This document shows, one piece after another, positions 1 to 11,170 of a stretch of 64,000 nt of DNA. Below the pieces are notes generated by a model that saw only the letters and a program-made list of their open reading frames with translations, was not told the DNA's origin and did not search any database. Where the stretch lies: positions 176,516,001-176,580,000 of the forward strand of contig NC_086097.1 of NCBI RefSeq assembly GCF_963921235.1, given 5' to 3'. The stretch is from Mobula hypostoma. Its lineage: Eukaryota. How positions within the stretch are numbered: position 1 is the stretch's first letter; the number at the start of each line of letters is the position of its first letter. A program made the position numbers and the translations under genes.

Positions 1-136
1 GAGCCTCCTGAATGGCTACATGGAGCTTAGAAAAATAGAGGGCCATGGGTAAAGCCTAGGTAGTTCTAAGGTAGGGACATGTTATGCACAGCATTGTGGG
101 CCAAAGGTCCTGTGTTGTGCTGTAGGTTTTCTATGT
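1..136 (+). mobile_element. 3' end of CR1 LINE (family A)
   Basis: Matches the 3' ends at 29940-30088 and 25400-25555 (tacatggagcttagaaaaatagaggg...tgtgctgtaggttttctatg). Confidence 0.85.
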
Positions 137-1262
137 CAGATTGAGACCTCAGCATTCTTAAGCGGAAGGGTGAACAGCCATAGTCCATGTAGGTACCAAT
201 GATATGGGTGACAAGGTTATGCATAGGGAGTTCAAGGAGTTAGGTGTTAAGTTAAACAGTAGGACGACCAGGGTTGTGATCTCAGGATTGCTACCTATGC
301 CATGTGCTAATGAGGCTGGAACTAGGAAGATTATACAGTTTAACACTGTACATGGCTAAGGAGTTGGTGCAGAAGGGAGGGCATAGGATAGTTGGATCAT
401 TGGGCTGTCTTCCAGGGAAGTTGGGACCTGTACAGAACGGACGGTTTGCATCTGAACTGGAAGGGGACTAATATCCTAGCGGGAAGTTTGTTAATACTGT
501 GTGGTGAGGTTTAAACTGGAGTTGCATGGCGATGGGAACCAGAGTGCCAGAACAGGTAGTGGAGAGGCTGGGGAGGCAGATGTTGGCAAACCCTCAGACA
601 AAGTTAGGAATCAAAAGGTTGAGCATGGTACAACCAGTGTCCTGAGCTGCCAATATTTCAATGCAAGAAATATCATAGCAAAGGTGGGTGATAGTGCTGA
701 AGATGAAACAGCTGGTTTACAAACAGGGGCAATGTGTAGTGAGGAGAGGCTGTTGAGAGGGCAAAATTGCAGTCAACAGGATAAGTTGCAATGTAAAAGG
801 CAGACAAAATTGAAAAAGGCAAATACAGGACTGAAGGTGTTTAATCTGAATGTGCACAGTATACAGAATAAGGTTGGTGAATTTGCAGCACAGTTGCAGA
901 TCGGCAAGGATGATGTTGTAGGCTTCACTGAATTATGGCTGAAAGAAGATTATAGCTGAAAGCTTAATGTCCAAGGATACACAATGTATCAAAAAAACAG
1001 GCAGAAAGATGGAGGGGGTGGCGTTGCTCTGCTGGTAAAAAATTAAATCAGATCTTTAGAAAGAGGTAACATAGGGTTGGAAAGTGCTGAATCATTGTGG
1101 AAAGAACTAAGTAACTGAAGGGTAAAAATATCCTGATGGGAGCTGTATACAGACTCCCAAACGGTAGTAAGGGTGTGGTCTACAAATTACAAGGAGAATT
1201 AGAAATGAATTTTGAAAAGGCAATGTCACAACAGTCATGGAGGATTTCAATATACAAGTAAT
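137..1262 (+). mobile_element. CR1 LINE fragment (family B): ORF1 SGNH-esterase C-terminal part and ORF2 APE endonuclease start, degenerate
   Basis: VHVGTND and DGLHLN-type esterase motifs; APE motifs (LNVHSIQNK, FTELWL, GGGVALLV); colinear with 60700-61400. Confidence 0.85.
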
Positions 1263-1269
1263 TCAATGG

Positions 1270-1578
1270 CCTTATAGTCTAAATATTGGAGGTCAAGGGC
1301 CTGGAGGTGGCCTACTGGGTTTGGAGACCTGTTAGTGTGTGGGGTGGGTAGGTTGGAGGAATATAGTCATGTTTTGCTGTTTTGTTATTCTATTGGTATT
1401 GTTGTTGCTCATGTTGTGGTGCTAAACACTGAGGACATGCTTTGTTGGCACTGGAATATGTGGTGACATTTGTGGGATGCCCCCAGCACGCCCTTAGGTT
1501 GTGTTGGTTACTAAAACAAATGATGCACTCCACTGTATGTTTCAATGTACATATGAAAAATAAATAAATCTGAATCTG
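1270..1578 (+). repeat. Non-coding interspersed repeat with AATAAA and (TGAATC)-type tail
   Basis: Ends aataaataaatctgaatctg; related tail in reverse at about 58830-58970. Confidence 0.5.
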
Positions 1579-1639
1579 TAGTTCCTTTCCCAATCATTAA
1601 TGCCAAGGTTGTACAACAAAGGGAACCAGGAGTGTAAGT

Positions 1640-1880
1640 ACATGTTTCTGAAAGTAGCATCACAGGTAGGTGGTGAGGAAAGCCATTTTGCACACTGGCC
1701 TTTGCTGAGTATAGAAGTTGGGAAGGTATATTGCAATCATGCAAGATGCTTGTGAGGCCACACTTGGAAGACAGTGTTCAGTTTTGATCACCCTGATCCA
1801 GGAAAGATTCCATTCATTTGGAAAGAGTGCAGAGGAAGTTTGTGAAGATGTCATTAGCGTTCGAGAGTCTGGGTTAGAGA
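1640..1880 (+). mobile_element. Degenerate CR1 RT C-terminal fragment
   Basis: gtgaggccacacttggaa...cagttttg...ggaaagagtgcagaggaagttt (VRPHLE..QFW..ERVQR region). Confidence 0.65.
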
Positions 1881-2264
1881 GAGAAGTTAGGAAGGCTACT
1901 GCTAAGGATGACACTTTTGTTTGAGACATTACACTGGCTCGTCTTGTGAATTTAAAAGATCCCACCATTGAGGTTCATTGCAGGGTGTTACGTGCAAATA
2001 AAGAAGGCAAGCTGCATTTACTCATGGCGCTGGAGACTCACCACACTCTCTTTATCTCCTTTGGCAGTCCCTCCAGATTGAGGAAGGGCTGCTTCCATTC
2101 CAATACCAATGGTTCTGCAGTGGCAACAGAGAACAATATGGGATTTGCAGACCCACACTTGGCAAGGCAGAAATTGCTTAATGAACATGAGGGTGAACAG
2201 TTTAGGATGTTCTGTGCTCTTTCTGTTGTTCACTAGGTGTCTTTGTGATTGCCTACAAAAACAA

Positions 2265-4020
2265 TTGCTCCTCAGGTTCTTACAAAGTATTTCCCCTCTC
2301 AACTTACAACTATGTCCTCTAGCTTTTGATTCCATAACCCTGGAAGAAAGATCACTCACCCTATCTATTTCTCTCATGATTTATGTTCCTCCCTGAGATC
2401 ACCCCCCAGTCTCTTGTGCTCCAAACCACTGCCTAACCACTCTGTATAACTCTGTCCCTTAAGTTTTGGCAATATCTTTGTAAATCCTTCTTTATTCCTT
2501 CTAATTTAGTCTCACTTTCCTATAACAGGGAGACCAAAGTTGAACAGTACTTCAAGTGTGTCTATGCCAATAGCTTGAACAACTGCATTATAATCTCCCA
2601 CCGACTATATTCAATGACCCAACTGATGAAAGCCTTCTTAATATCCACATACTGTACCCAAGAATATTAGCATTACCCTCCTTGATCAGCATAGCATCTT
2701 CCATGAACTCCTCCTTGGTGAATACTGATGCAAAGTACTCATTTAGGACCACACACAAAATGCTGGAGAAACTCAGCAGATTAGGCAGCATCTATTGAAG
2801 ACAATAAGCAGTTGACATTTTGAGCCAAGACCCTACATTGACTGTTGATCAGTATATTGATGCCTCTCCATTGATGCCACCTGACCTGTTGAATCCCTTC
2901 AGCATTTTGTGTGTGATGCATATGATTTCCAGCATCTGTAGAATCTCTTGTATCTTATTTAGGACCTCATCCCCTTCCTCTGGCTCCAGGTATAGATTTC
3001 CCCCTTTGTCCTTAAGTGTATTTGCCTTTTCCTTATCCTTGTACATTTAATATAAATATAAAATTCCTTGTGAACCTTCTTAATCCTATTTGCCAAGATC
3101 ACCTCAAGGTCCCCTTTAGCTCTCCTAATCTCTTGCTTAAATTAATTTCTGCTTGTATACTCCTCAAGGGCCTTATCTGCTTTCAGTTTCCTAAACCTTA
3201 CTTATGCTTTTTCATTTTGACTAAGCTAGAAATAGCTTTTGTCACCCTAAACCTGAACCTTGTCACCTTTATCTTTCATCCTTTTAGGATCACACTGGTC
3301 CTGAATTCTAACCAGATGGCCTTGTAAGGACTTCCACATGTCAGATGTGGACTTACCCACAAACAGACTCTTCCTATTTACTTCCCTCATGTCCTGTCTA
3401 ATACTGTTATAATCAGTCTTCCACCAATGTTACACCTTCACCCTAGGACCAGACTGATTCTTGTCCATAACTATCTTAAAACTTGCAGAGTTCTGATCAC
3501 TTTTCCCATAATGCTCCCTGACTAAAATTCTGATCACATGCCCAAGCTCATTTCCTAGTACAAGGTCTAGTATAGCCCTTGCCTAGTCGTACTAACAACA
3601 TTCTGTTTCAAGAAACTCCCCTGATGTACTTAACAAAAGTACATCATTTAGGTCCCTGGGTCTAAGAAAATGCCAGTCAATAATAAGAAAGTTAAAATCA
3701 CTTGCTAAAATAACCCAGTTGCTGCTTCAATTTTCTATGATCTGCCTTTGTACTTGTGTCCCATTGAGACAGCTGTAGTGCAACTTCATCAGAGTGTTTG
3801 CACCTTTCTTTATTCCTGCGCTCTATCCATATTACTTCATGAGATGAATCCTCCAGTTTGCCCCCTCTAGGTCCAGCTGTTACATTCTCCCTCATTAGTA
3901 ATGTACTGTAACTCCCCCACCTTATTATCATCCCTCTATCACATTTGAAACATCTAAACCCTGAAATATTAAGCTGCCATTCCTGTCTGTCTCTCTCAAG
4001 TTTCTGTATCAATACAGTAA
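2265..4020 (-). mobile_element. Degenerate CR1 ORF2 (APE to RT, internally deleted)
   Basis: Minus-strand translations QEWQLNISGFRCFKCDR and LNEYFASVFTKEE, plus RT C-terminal remnants. Confidence 0.8.
2751..2956. mobile_element. Fold-back mini-element derived from the Penelope 3' end (degenerate hammerhead), with 10-bp TSD
   Basis: atttaggacc at 2741-2750 and 2957-2966; inverted arms acacacaaaatgctg.../...cagcattttgtgtgt; homologous to 11130-11264. Confidence 0.8.
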
Positions 4021-4144
4021 TCCAGGATCTAAACTCATGTGCCTCACTTTTAGTACTCCTTGCACACTGTAGGCCCCACCTTATTCAATAATCTGACACA
4101 TGACCCTATTCCATTAAATGTACCTGATCTAACCTAAGCTAAGT

Positions 4145-4392
4145 GGACTCTTAAGAGGGACTCTAAAATTGACCTGATCTCTCAATCTAACTTGGTTTGA
4201 TGTTGTACCTTGTTATTTACCTGCACTGCCCTCTCTCTGTAAGTTGCTACATTTTATCCCGCATTAGGTTGTTTTTACCTTGTTCTACCTCACTTCACTG
4301 AGTAATGACTTGATCTGTAGGAATAGTATACAAGACAAGCTTTTCTCTGTATCTCAGTACATGTGATGATAATAATAAACCAATCCCAATTT
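4145..4392 (+). repeat. Rex1-type LINE 3' tail / non-autonomous repeat
   Basis: Ends tacatgtgatgataataataaaccaatcccaat; related tail in reverse at about 44100-44340. Confidence 0.5.
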
Positions 4393-4914
4393 GTAATTCA
4401 ACAATCATGCTACTTGCTGATCTACTTCTCTCGTTCCCACCCCTTCTGCTACATGGGTTTAAACCCTCCTGAGTAGAACTTGCAAACCTCCCTACAAGGA
4501 CATTGAAATTGCACACAACAGCCCAAAGAACATGATCTTGAGAATTTAGCTACAGAGGAAAGGAAATACTGTGCTACTGTTTAACTCCAATATTTCTACA
4601 AATCAAGTCAACTATGAACAGTGATAGTGGACAGACAATGCTTTTATCCAGGGTGGTGATATCCTCTTGCCACCCTGTGATAAAGGCTATAGCACTGACA
4701 GTAGTTGTTTTATCTGGACAACCTTGGTCTCCAACCAACCCCAGATATTCCCTTAGATATCTTCACACTTCCCCCTCTGCACTATATAAAACACACACAA
4801 TTTCTCATACTGACAATAAATTCTTGACCTAAAATGTTAACTCTTGTTTTCTCTCAGTACAGATGCTGGCTGACTGACCAACTTACTGAATGGTGGAAAA
4901 TTTAGACAACAATA

Positions 4915-5237
4915 AAGAGTGGTGATACTTTACTGAACAAGGATGACCTCTGACTTGGAGGAGTAACTGTCGGTTGTGTTTTTCCCATGCACCTACTGCC
5001 TTTGTCCTTGTCTTTTGTGTTAGTTGAGGTCGTAGGTTTGGAAGGTGCTATCAGAGTAGCTTGGACAAATAACTGTGCTTTGTAGATGATACAGATTGCA
5101 GCTGAGGTGTGCCACAGGTGGAGGGAACAAATATTAGGGTGGCAAGTAAGAATGCCGTCAAGAAGGATCTTTTGTCCTGAATGGTATTGCACGTCTTTCA
5201 GGTTTTTGAAAGCTGCACTCATTCAGGCAAGTGGAGT
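4915..5237 (-). mobile_element. Old non-LTR retrotransposon RT C-terminal fragment (CR1/L2-group, family unassigned)
   Basis: Minus ORF 4902-5222 (MSAAFKNLKD...SLHLWHTSAAICIIYK) resembles a LINE RT C-terminus; probable related 3' piece at 59820-59945. Confidence 0.5.
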
Positions 5238-5317
5238 CTGAGAAGATTCAATTTGTCCACAAGGATTCGCTCAAATGTCTACAAGTGTGCAATAGAAAGT
5301 ACCTTTACAGATATTTT

Positions 5318-6706
5318 CTAGGATTGGAGGACAGCAGATGTTACGCTGTTCAAAAGAGGCTCTAAATAGAAACTAGGACATTATAGGTTGGTGAGTCTGA
5401 CATCAGTTGTGAGAAAGTTAATTGGAAGGTATTCGAAGAGACCAGGCATATAGTATTTGGATAGTCATGGACTGTTTAAGGATAGTCAGCATGTCTTTGT
5501 GTGTGGTATGTCATGTCTAACCAATCTTATAGAGTTTTTCAAGGAAGTTACTAGGAAAGTGGATGAAGGCAAATCAGTGAGATGTTGTCTACATGGACTT
5601 TAGCAAGGCATTTGACAAGGTTCCACATGGGAGGCTAGTCATGAAGGTTTAATCACTCACTATTCAGGATGAGGTAGTAAATTAGATTAGACGTTGGCTT
5701 TGTGGGAGAAGCCAGGGAATGGTAGTAGAGGGTTAGTTATCTCCCTGACTGGAGGCCTGTGTCTAGTGGAGTGCCACAGGTATCGGTGCTGGGTCCTTTG
5801 TTGTTTGTCATCTATATCATTGATCTGGATGATAATGTGGTAAACTGGATCAACAATTTTGTGGATGACATCAAGATTGGGGTGTAGTGGACAGTGAGGA
5901 AGGTTATCATGGCTTGCATAGGGATCTGCCTCTGGAAAAATGGGCTGAAAATGGCAGACGGAATTTAATACAGAAAAGTGTGAGGTTTTGTACATCAGGA
6001 GGACCAACCAGAGTAGGTCTTACACAGTGAACGGTAGGGCACTGAGGAGTGTGATAGAACAAAAGGATCTGGGAATACAGGTACATAATTCAGTGAGAAT
6101 GACAGGTAGATAGGGTCATAAAGAAAGCTTTTGGCACATTGGCCACAAATCAACATGTTGAGTACAGAAGATGGGATGTTATGTTGAAGTTGTATAAGAT
6201 GTTGGTAAGGCTTATTTTGGAGTATTATGTGCAGTTTTGGTCACATAACTACAGGGAAGATGTAAACAAGGTTGAAAGAGTGCAGAGAAAAATTACAAGG
6301 ATGTTGCCGGGTTTGGAGGACAAGAGTAATAATGAAAGGTTGAATAGGTTTAGGACTGTATTCCTTAGAATATAGAAGACTGAGAGGAGATTTGATAGAG
6401 GTATACAAAATTGAGGGGTATATACAGGGTAAATGCAAGCAGGCTTTTTCCAGGGTGAAGGGTGAGAAGTTTAAGGGGAACATGAGGGGTAACTTCACTC
6501 AGAGGGTTGTGAGCTTCCAGCACAAGTGGTCCATGCGAGCTTGATTTAAACGTTTAAGAGTAGTTTGGGTAGGTACATGGAAAGTAGGGATTTGGTGGGT
6601 TATGGTCCCAGGGCAAGTCGTTGGGAGTAGGCAGATTGTATCGCTTCGGCATGGACTAGATGGCTGAAGGGCCTATTTCTGTGCTATACTTCTCCATGAC
6701 TCTATG
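5318..6706 (+). mobile_element. CR1 LINE, 5'-truncated RT, degenerate
   Basis: MDFSKAFDKVPH, GVPQ, FVDD and ERVQR motifs with frameshifts; 3' tail ccatgactctatga. Confidence 0.9.
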
Positions 6707-7539
6707 ATGGCTTTCATCTGAACCAAGCATGGTAACTGCTCCGTTCTCTTCCATCTGTGCAGTCCACTTGATGGTATGTTACTTCAGGAATGCCAACAAT
6801 ATCAGCAAGGACTCTTCCCACCCTGGCCATTCCCTTTTCGCTCTTCCATCTCTTCTGAGAAAAGATGTACTTGGAAGCACAGATATTCAGACTCAAGAAC
6901 AGCTTTTCCCACACTGCTGTCAGACATCTGAACAAATGACCTCCTCTCAATTATAAGTATACCACTTTGGGTACGGTTGTGGGGGAAGACCTCCCAGGGA
7001 ATTGCCATGGAGACCAGGTTACTGGCACTGAGCATGGGTCCATGGTGCAGGAAGGAAGGAGGGAGAAGAAGGGAGTGGTAGTGATAGGGAACTCAATAGT
7101 CAGGGGAACAGACATGGGATTCTGTGGACATGAATGGGGGACACGAATGGTATGTTGCCTCCCTGCTGCCAGGGTCAGGGACGTCTTGTATCGTGTCTAC
7201 AGCATTTTGAAGAGAGGGGGAGAGCAGCCAGATGTCTTGGTACATATTGGTACCAATGACATAGGAAGGAAAAACATAGAGGTCCTGAAAAGAGAATTTA
7301 GAGAGCTAGGTAAAAAGCTGAGAAGCAGGACCTCCCAGGTAGTAATTTCTAGATTGTTGCCTATGCCACACAACAGTGAGGGTAGAAAGGGATGGTTTGG
7401 CATATTAATGCATGGCTGAGAAGCTGGTACAGGAGGCAGGGCTTCAGGTTTTTGGATCATTGGGATCTCTTGGGGAGGTATGACCTGTTCAAAAGTGATG
7501 GGTTGCACCTAAACACGAGGGGGACCAATATTTTCATGG

Positions 7540-8391
7540 TGTTGCATGCCTCAAGGAGATCTATGATTTTTTTTTGAGAATGATGTAATGGTCTTTTGGA
7601 GGTCACCTGATGTAATTTTCCTGCCGATGTGAGGTCACGTGATGACATGTGCACCATGGGTATATAAGGGAAGACCCCAGATGACAGTTAGTTTTTAGTT
7701 TTTAGATTTCCAGCTAGAACATACTGTGTCTCCATTTCTGTTGCGTATTTGTTTTTATGACGCAGTTTCATTTTTAAAATGGAGTGTTGCATTCTGTTGC
7801 AAGGTACAATATTACTGGACTGGAAATTTTTGCTAGATGTGTTGATGTACCTTATTCTGGCAGTAGTACGGGAGAGTGAAGACTTTATCGAAGTACAGGA
7901 CCGGAAGGATTGAGAGGAGTTGGTTTCGTTCAGCAGTTTATCAAAGGATCGAACTTGTTGAGTCTTAGTTGAAGATAACTCTTGCCAAAAGAGCAGAGTT
8001 CATGCAAGGTTTGCTCTCTAAAAGAAATTAAGGTCAGTTGTTTTAAACTGTTTATTTACTGCATCGTGAATCCTTCAGAAAGAACCAGCAGGAAAGTCGC
8101 GTCTATGAAGAAATCCTTCTCCAGAGGAGTCTCTCCCAATTGAACGTATAAACCTGTTGGACTTTTGAATTTACCATTTTAAGAACTATATCTGACTTTA
8201 CTGTTTTAAGAACTGTTTTTGCATTTAGCGCTTTCAGAACCAGTCCCTAGTGACGATTTGTTGAATGGCTGCATAGCGGTTAACTTCCGGTTAAGGTTTT
8301 CGATTTTTTTTATTGTTTATCCGTGTTTAATAAATTTTTGGTTGTTTTTATATAACCTGTCTCGATTGATATTCATTGTTGGCGGTTAACA
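7540..8391 (+). mobile_element. Solo LTR (852 bp) with 4-bp TSD
   Basis: Termini TGTT...AACA; ATGG at 7536-7539 and 8392-8395; TATATAA at 7661; AATAAA at 8329; empty site visible at about 37795-37820. Confidence 0.88.
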
Positions 8392-9487
8392 ATGGGCAGG
8401 TTTGTTAGAGCTGTTGGGGAGGATTTTAACTAATTTGGTGGGGGGGGTGATGAGAACCAAAGTGAATGTTCTCAGGATAGGATGGATGGTAAAAAAGCAA
8501 AATTAGCATTTAGTCAGGCTGACAGAAAGGACAGGCAGATGATAAGAAAAAATTGCAGCCAGCAGGGTGAATATCAGTGCATTAAGGATGCATAATCAAA
8601 AATGGCAGAAAATACAGTACTTAAAATGTTATATCCCAAAGCACAGAGTATAAGATATAAGGTGGATGAATTTGTTGCACTATTACAGACTGTCAGGAAT
8701 GATGTTTTGGCCATCACCGAATTGTGGCTGAAGGATGGCTGTAGTTGGGAGCTGAATGTCCAAGGTTACATGTTGTATTGGAGGGATAGGAAGGTAGGCA
8801 GAGGGGGTGGCATGGCTCTGCTGGTAAAGAATGGCATCAAATTATTTGGAAGATGTGACATAGGATTGGAAGATGTTGAATACTCGTGGGTTGAGTTAAG
8901 AAACTGCAAGGGTGAAAGAACCCAGATGGCAGTTATATACAGGCCTCCCAACAATAGCTGGGATGTAGACCACAGACTACAATGGGAAATAGAAAAAGCG
9001 TGTCAAAAAGGCCAATGTTATGGCAGTCATGGGAGATTTCAACATGCATGTTGATTGGGAAGATTAGGTTCGTATTGGATCTCAAGAGAGTGAGTTTGTT
9101 AAATGCCTATGAGATTGCTTTTTAGAACAGTTTGTCATTGAGCCTACCGGGGGATCAGCTATATTGGATTGGGTGTTATGTAATAAACTGGAGGTGGTTA
9201 GGGACTTTAAGGTAAAAGAACCCTTAAGAGACAGTGATCACAATATGATTGAATTCAACTTGAAATTTGATAGGGAGAAAATAAAGTCTGACATAACAGT
9301 ATTTCAGTAAAGTAAAGGAAATTACAGTATTTCAGTAAAGTAAAGGAAATTACTCGATTCTGCATACCTCGACACGGTTTTATCACCCCTTGTTCAATCC
9401 CTTCCGACCTATGTTCGTGACACTTCTCACGCTCTTAAACTTTTCGATGATTTTAAGTTCCCTGGCCCCCACCGCTTTATTTTCACC

Positions 9488-10839
9488 ATGGATGTCCAGT
9501 CCTTATATACTTCCATCCCCCATCAGGAAGGTCTCAAAGCTCTACGCTTTTTGGATTCAAGACCTAATCAGTTCCCCTCTACCACCACTCTGCTCCATCT
9601 AGCGAAATTAGTCCTTACTCTTAATAATTTCTCCTTTGGCTCATCCCACTTCCTCCAAACCAAAGGTGTAGCTATGGGCACCCGTATGGGTCCTAGCTAT
9701 GCCTGCCTTTTTGTTGGGTTTGTGGAACAATCTATGTTCCGTGCCTATTCTGGTATCTGTTCCCCACTTTTCCTTCGCTACATCGACGACTGCATTGGCG
9801 CTGCTTCCTGCACGCATGCAGAACTCGTTGACTTTATTAACTTTGCCTCCAACTTTCACCCTGCCCTCAAGTTTACCTGGTCCATCTCTGACACCTGCCT
9901 CCCCTTTCTAGATCTTTCTGTCTCTGGAGACAGCTTATCCACTGATGTCTACTATAAGCCTACTGACTCTCACAGCTATCTGGACTATTCCTCTTCTCAC
10001 CCTGTCTCTTGCAAAAACGCCATCCCCTTCTCGCAATTCCTCCGTCTCTGCTGCATCTGCTCTCAGGATGAGGCTTTTCATTCTAGGATGAGGGAGTTGT
10101 CTTTTTTTAAAGAAAGGGGCTTCCCTTCCTCCACTATCAACTCCGCTCTTAAACGCATCTCCCCCATTTCACGTACATCTGCTCTCACTCCATCCTCCCG
10201 CCACCCCACTAGGAATAGGGTTCCGCTGGTCCTCACCTACCACCCCACCAGCCTCTGGGTCCAACATATTATTCTCCGTAACTTCCGCCACCTCCAACGG
10301 GATCCCACCACCAAGCACATCTTTCCCTCCCCCCCCCCCTCCCTGCATTCTGCAGGGATCGCTCCCTATGCAACTCCTTTGTCCATTCGTCCCCCCCATC
10401 CCTCCCCACTGATCTCCCTCCTGGCACTTATCCGTGTAAGCGGAACAAGTGCTACACATACCCTTACACTTCCTCCCTTACCACCATTCAGGGCCCCAAA
10501 CAGTCCTTCCAGGTGAGGCAACACTTCACCTGTGAGTCGACTGGGGTGATGTACTGCATCCGGTGCTCCCGATGTGGCCTTTTATATATTGGCAAGACCC
10601 GACGCAGACTGGGAGACCACTTTGCTGAACATCTACGCTCTGTCCACCAGAGAAAGCAGGATCTCCCAGTGGCCACACATTTTAATTCCACATCCCATTC
10701 CCATTCTGAAATGTCTATCCACGGCCTCCTCTACTGTAAAGATGAAGCCACACTCAGGTTGGAGGAACAACACCTTGTATTCCGTCTGGGTAGCCTCCAA
10801 CCTGATGGCATGAACATCGACTTCTCTAACTTCTGCTAA
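9488..10839 (+). pseudogene. Penelope RT/GIY-YIG ORF, frameshifted near the poly-C at about 10330
   Basis: ORFs 9488-10516 (RT) and 10513-10839 (GIY-YIG) lie in different frames. Confidence 0.85.
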
Positions 10840-11132
10840 GGCCCCACCTCCCCCTCGTACCCCATCTGTTACTTATTTTTATACACACATTCTTTCTCTC
10901 ACTCTCCTTTTTCTCCCTCTGTCCCTTTGAATATACCTCTTGCCCATCCTCTGGGCCCCCCCCCCCCCGTCTTTCTTCCCGGACCTCCTGTCCCATGATC
11001 CTCTCGTATCCCCTTTTGCCTATCACCTGTCCAGCTCTTGGCTCTATCCCTCCCCCTCCTGTCTTCTCCTATCATTTTGGATCTCCCCCTCCCCCTTCAA
11101 CTTTCAAATCCCTTACTAACTCTTCCTTCAGT

Positions 11133-11170
11133 TAGTCCTGACGAAGGGTCTCGGCCTGAAACGTCGACTG
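11133..11170 (+). ncRNA. Minimal type-I hammerhead ribozyme
   Basis: tagtc-CTGACGA-agg(gtctcgg)cct-GAAA-C-GTC-gactg: complete core boxes, stem I tagtc/gactg, stem II agg/cct, loopless palindromic stem III (ACGT); predicted cleavage after C11165. Confidence 0.85.
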
